A DNA stretch of 64,000 nt. It comes from Eledone cirrhosa (lineage: Eukaryota). The stretch's first letter is position 1, and every line of letters begins with the position of its first letter. Shown here piece after piece: positions 59,713 to 64,000 of the stretch. The notes under the pieces are model-generated. The model was not told where the DNA came from. It was given only the letters and a program-made list of their open reading frames with translations, and ran no database searches. Made by a program: the position numbers and the translations under genes. The stretch lies in contig OZ024747.1 in assembly GCA_964016885.1 (NCBI GenBank), positions 27,404,001 through 27,468,000 of the forward strand. The letters run 5' to 3'.

Positions 59713-60834
59713 GACTGAAGTATATATGTTTCTATATATATCTCTTAAGTTTAGAACTGAGGTGTGTATAATGTATGCCTGTATCCCAGCCCCAAACCCA
59801 CCAAGACTAAGTACACTGAACACCCTAGTGCTGTAACAAGATAGTATTGGTACCATGATGAAAAACACCCAGTCTTCCTTGTAAGGTGATGGTGCTGAAG
59901 TCACGATAAAATGCTTCCAATATATGCTGTAAAGTGGTTAGTATTAGAAAGGGCATCTAGCCATAAAAAACAAAGAAAAACAAAGCATACAAGCAGGACC
60001 TAGTGACCTGACCAATCAGGCCTTAACACATGGCAGTTGTCTAAACAATGCAAGCATGGAAATAGACATTAAATGATCATGCTCTACCTATTCCTGTTGA
60101 TATTGGGAATATACCACTAACTTCTTAATGTCCTGTACCACATGAAACTGCATTAGCAAGACGTTATTGAAAAGTACAAAACAGCGCTAAGACAGCATCA
60201 CATTAAAAATTATTGTATTATTCCAATACTGTAAATTTCACTAATAAAGATACTATAAACATTTGAATTAAACTTGCCTTTAGATATTTTCAGCTAAATC
60301 ATTACAGGATATTAAGAATTTATGGGAACTCAGATACATAAAACATCTTTTTATGTATCACACATTTTATAGATGTTTTCATGTTTCACTATCATACATC
60401 ATCACATATCATAGACACACCTCATACAGTCCTCTATATTCACTGGTCACGTTTAACTACTATACACTATTACACACCACATACAGTCTTCTACATTCAA
60501 TGCTTATGTTTCACTATCACACACCATAACACATCTTACACACAGCCCTCTACATTCTCTACCACACATTTCCAAAATATAAGATACAAAAGAACTAAAA
60601 TAATGCAATAGTTTTAAACAGTTTTCTGCTTTAATATTGAACGTTTTGCAGTTTTTATAACATTTTTTTATAACATATAAAGGGCCCCATTATCTCAAAT
60701 AGCTTAGGGCCTCATCAAATCTAAATCCAGCACTGATCACACATCATACACACACCACACAGTCCTCTATATTCATTATCATCAAACCCCCCCATATAGT
60801 CTTTCACTACCATACACCACACATCAAATTCACA

Positions 60835-61011
60835 CAGTCCTCTACCTTCACTACTTACACCACCACACATCATATGCACATCACATACAGTCCTCTACCT
60901 TCACTACTTACACCACCACACATCATATGCACATCACATACAGTCCTCTACCTTCACTACTTACACCACCACACATCATATGCACATCACATACAGTCCT
61001 CTACCTTCACT
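60835..61011. repeat. 53-bp tandem repeat, 3.3 copies
   Basis: CAGTCCTCTACCTTCAC at 60835, 60888, 60941 and 60994. Confidence 0.88.
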
Positions 61012-61749
61012 GTCCATGTTTTACTATCATCCACTAACACATATGATACACCCACCACATACTCTCCTCTATATACACTGTCCTCTCTACACAATGTCTT
61101 CTCAATCAACTGTCCTCTATATACACCTGTAAAGACAGTTTTGTTGATTTCTATACATGTTGCCTACAAAGAGTATAGTTTCTTTGTTCGTTTTTAAATA
61201 AAACCTTTAATAAAAACAACTTCTTTGAAAGGTTGATTGTTATGTGAAAGGTTGATAGTTTAGTGAATTTATGTCAGTCAGTTGCCAACTTCACATGTAA
61301 CCCAGCAGTTTATAAATCATATAATGAAACTATTGAAATTGAAATGAAAAAGTAAAAATAAAATTCATAGCCCACACCTATATAGGTTTAGCTGGTGAAA
61401 TGAATTGATTAGCTCAAGAAAATGCACTGCCCTGTTCAAGAATCAAACCTATGACCATATGATTGTGAGTCCAAAATCCTAACCAATAGGCCACATTTTA
61501 GCAGTTTATAAATCATATATTTTTAAACAAGACACTTTCAACCAATTAACCTACTGTATATGTGTTAAATAACAGCTCACAAGTGATTTAAAATTCATTT
61601 GAAACCATGCCTGGTTCTCTGATACAAAACTGTTTGAACCCTTTACTAACCAAACAAACTTACTGAAACCACCTTTGTTTCTAAGATACAAAGCTGTATA
61701 CTGGAAAATGTAATAGCCAGTGTTATGTAACATGTTACTGCACCGAGTT

Positions 61750-63677
61750 GCAACGGCCAAACTGGCTTGAGTTCTACGACTCTGGAGATGTCAACACTGA
61801 ACTCCAGAACATCCTGAGCTCAATATGGACAGCATGTGCAGGATCGGTGCCACGTAAGCGGAAAAAACATCCCAAAAGTGCAATTTGGGAGACTGCAGCA
61901 GTCTGTCTTGCCAGAAAAGAACGGCGCAATACTGAACGTGAGTACAAACTTCACAAATCAGACATTAATAGGAAGAGGCGAAATAGATCGTCCAACCACC
62001 TCAAACAGGTGACAAAAAAGGCAGTGCTTCAATTTGAGCAGTGCATAGCAACCAGCCCTGACAGTAAGGTGTTCTGGAAGTATGTTCACTCAAAGCAGAG
62101 GCCTCACTCTCCAGTTGGTCCTCTTCACAATCCCCACACAAGCCAGGTTACTGACGACCCCAAGGAATGCGCAGAGCTCATTGCTGAATGCTATGCAGGC
62201 ATTTTCACTATTGAAGACCAGAGTGTACCATCTCCACCACCTATGACACCGGACTCTATTACAACCATGGAATTTACACCTGCAATGCTGCGACGTCACC
62301 TAAAAAATAAACACAACCATGCCTCTCCTGGTCTTGATGGTATTACGTACCTGCTTCTTAAACGTGGTGAGTACTTCCTTCTACACCAGTTATCACGCTT
62401 CTTCCAATTCTGTCTGAACAACAGTGCTACTCCAGAACAGTGGAAAACTGCCAGTGTCATTCCTCTGTTCAAAAAGGGTGACCGCACATCACCTGTGAAC
62501 TATCGCCCAGTCAGTCTTACTAGTTGCATCGCCAAACTGATGGAATCCTGTGACAGAGAAACACTTTGGAACTTCTGGAGCTCTCACAGTCTTATCCGGC
62601 CCTCGCAATTTGGATTTATCCCCAACTCCAGCTGCTGTGATCAACTTATAGAGTTTCTTGAGGACATCACCCGGATCACTGATGGCGGCGCATGGGTGGA
62701 TGTTGTTTACCTTGACTTTGCGAAAGCCTTCAATTCTGTGCCACACAAAAGGCTTATGGCAAAACTATCTGCAATGGGTGTGAAGGATGATCTTTTTAAC
62801 TGGTTGAAGTCCTTCATTCTCAGTCGAAGAGAGGTACTCACAATGGATCTCAGACTGGCAACTCAAGCTAGCTGTGGACAAGTGCACCACCATGCATTTT
62901 GGGAGTAAAAACCCAGCGTCCACATACTCCCTCCACAGCACTAATATCAAGAAGTCTTCTTGTGAACGTGACCTGGGCATTACGGTCAGCAGCGATTTGC
63001 GTTGGACGATGCACGTCTCTAAAATCGTCAAGAGGGCCGAGGGTGTCTTAGCATCACTCAGCAAGACCTTTGTCAGCACTCCAGATATCTATTTAAGGCT
63101 GTACATGGCTAGGTGCGACCACACTTAGAATTTGCATCACCAGTCTGGAACCCCTATCTTGCTCAGAACATTGACCGCCTGGAAGCTGTTCAGAGACGTG
63201 CAACCAAGCGAATACCCTCCATCAGGCATCTACCATACTCTGAGCGCCTTGCTTCCCTGGGCATGGATACATTGAAGCTCCGACGCCTGGAAACTGACTT
63301 GGTAAACACCCACAAAATTGTTAACAATATTGCCAACAACAACCCTGAGTACCTTTTTGATTTCCATGTGTCTAACACACGTGGACATGCCCACAAAGTA
63401 AGAAAACAGCACAGTTCCCATGACTTCCGGAAACACTTTTTTACGCTCAGAGTTGCTGAAGCATGGAACAAACTACCTGCATCAGTTGTTAGCTGTCGAG
63501 ACACTACATCCTTTAAGGCCTCCATGCTTTCCGAGATCCGCCAACACTACAGCTAACATATACACACATGTACTTCCCTGACATTTGTGTATTATTATAT
63601 GTACTATACATACACCTTTGACGAGTTGTAGTGCACCTGAGCACTTTACACAATAATTTCATTATTATTATTATTAT
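61750..63677 (+). mobile_element. 5'-truncated CR1-type LINE with internal deletion and (ATT)n tail
   Basis: SPGLDGI, PLFKKGD..NYRPVSLTS, YLDFAKAFNSVPH, RDLGITV, RPHLEFASPVWNP, FFTLRVAEAWNKLP; QG and ADD motifs missing. Confidence 0.92.
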
Positions 63678-63684
63678 AAGACAA

Positions 63685-64000
63685 AAGTAACCAATGTCAT
63701 TACACTATAGTTACAACTAGTGTCATAACACTATAGTAATAACCAGAGTCATAACGCTACAGTAACAACCAATGTAATAACACTATAATAACAACTAGTG
63801 TCATAACACTGTAGTACAAACCAGTGTCATAACACTACAGTAACAACCAGTGTCATAACACTACAGTAACAACCAGTGTCATAACACTACAGTAACAACC
63901 AGTGTCATAACACTACAGTAACAACCAGTGTCATAACACTACAGTAACAACCTGTGTCATAACACTACAGTAACAATCAATGTCATAACACTACAGTAAC
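63685..64000. repeat. 26-bp minisatellite
   Basis: TAACAACCAGTGTCATAACACTACAG repeated to the window end. Confidence 0.92.

Overview
AT-rich animal genomic DNA. The SINE types and very large (TA)n/(TATG)n arrays resemble octopus/cephalopod DNA; the taxon is an inference. Most long ORFs in the track (YIYI, CVCV) are microsatellite read-through artefacts. Real content: (1) five spliced minus-strand exons (59346->53189) of an FKBP11-like membrane-anchored prolyl isomerase, with the first exon not found in the window. (2) A roughly 33-kb nest (12.5-45 kb) of retroelements separated by same-polarity TA/TATG arrays. It holds at least six Penelope-like elements (PLEs): one Neptune-type with an open 1175-aa ORF, four Naiad-type and one divergent fragment, plus CR1- and RTE-type LINE pieces. 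(3) About 12 type I hammerhead ribozyme folds in PLE terminal repeats and in ORF-less hairpin mini-elements, several with non-canonical cores (CCGACGA, UCGAAGA, CAGAAGA) or a roughly 90-nt stem II. (4) A correctly phased U_UUU_UUA -1 frameshift signal at the junction between the N-terminal region and the RT of the Neptune PLE. Also present: tRNA-derived SINEs, a TTAA MITE, a hAT relic, several minisatellites and a 200-N gap. All folds and clade calls were made by eye.
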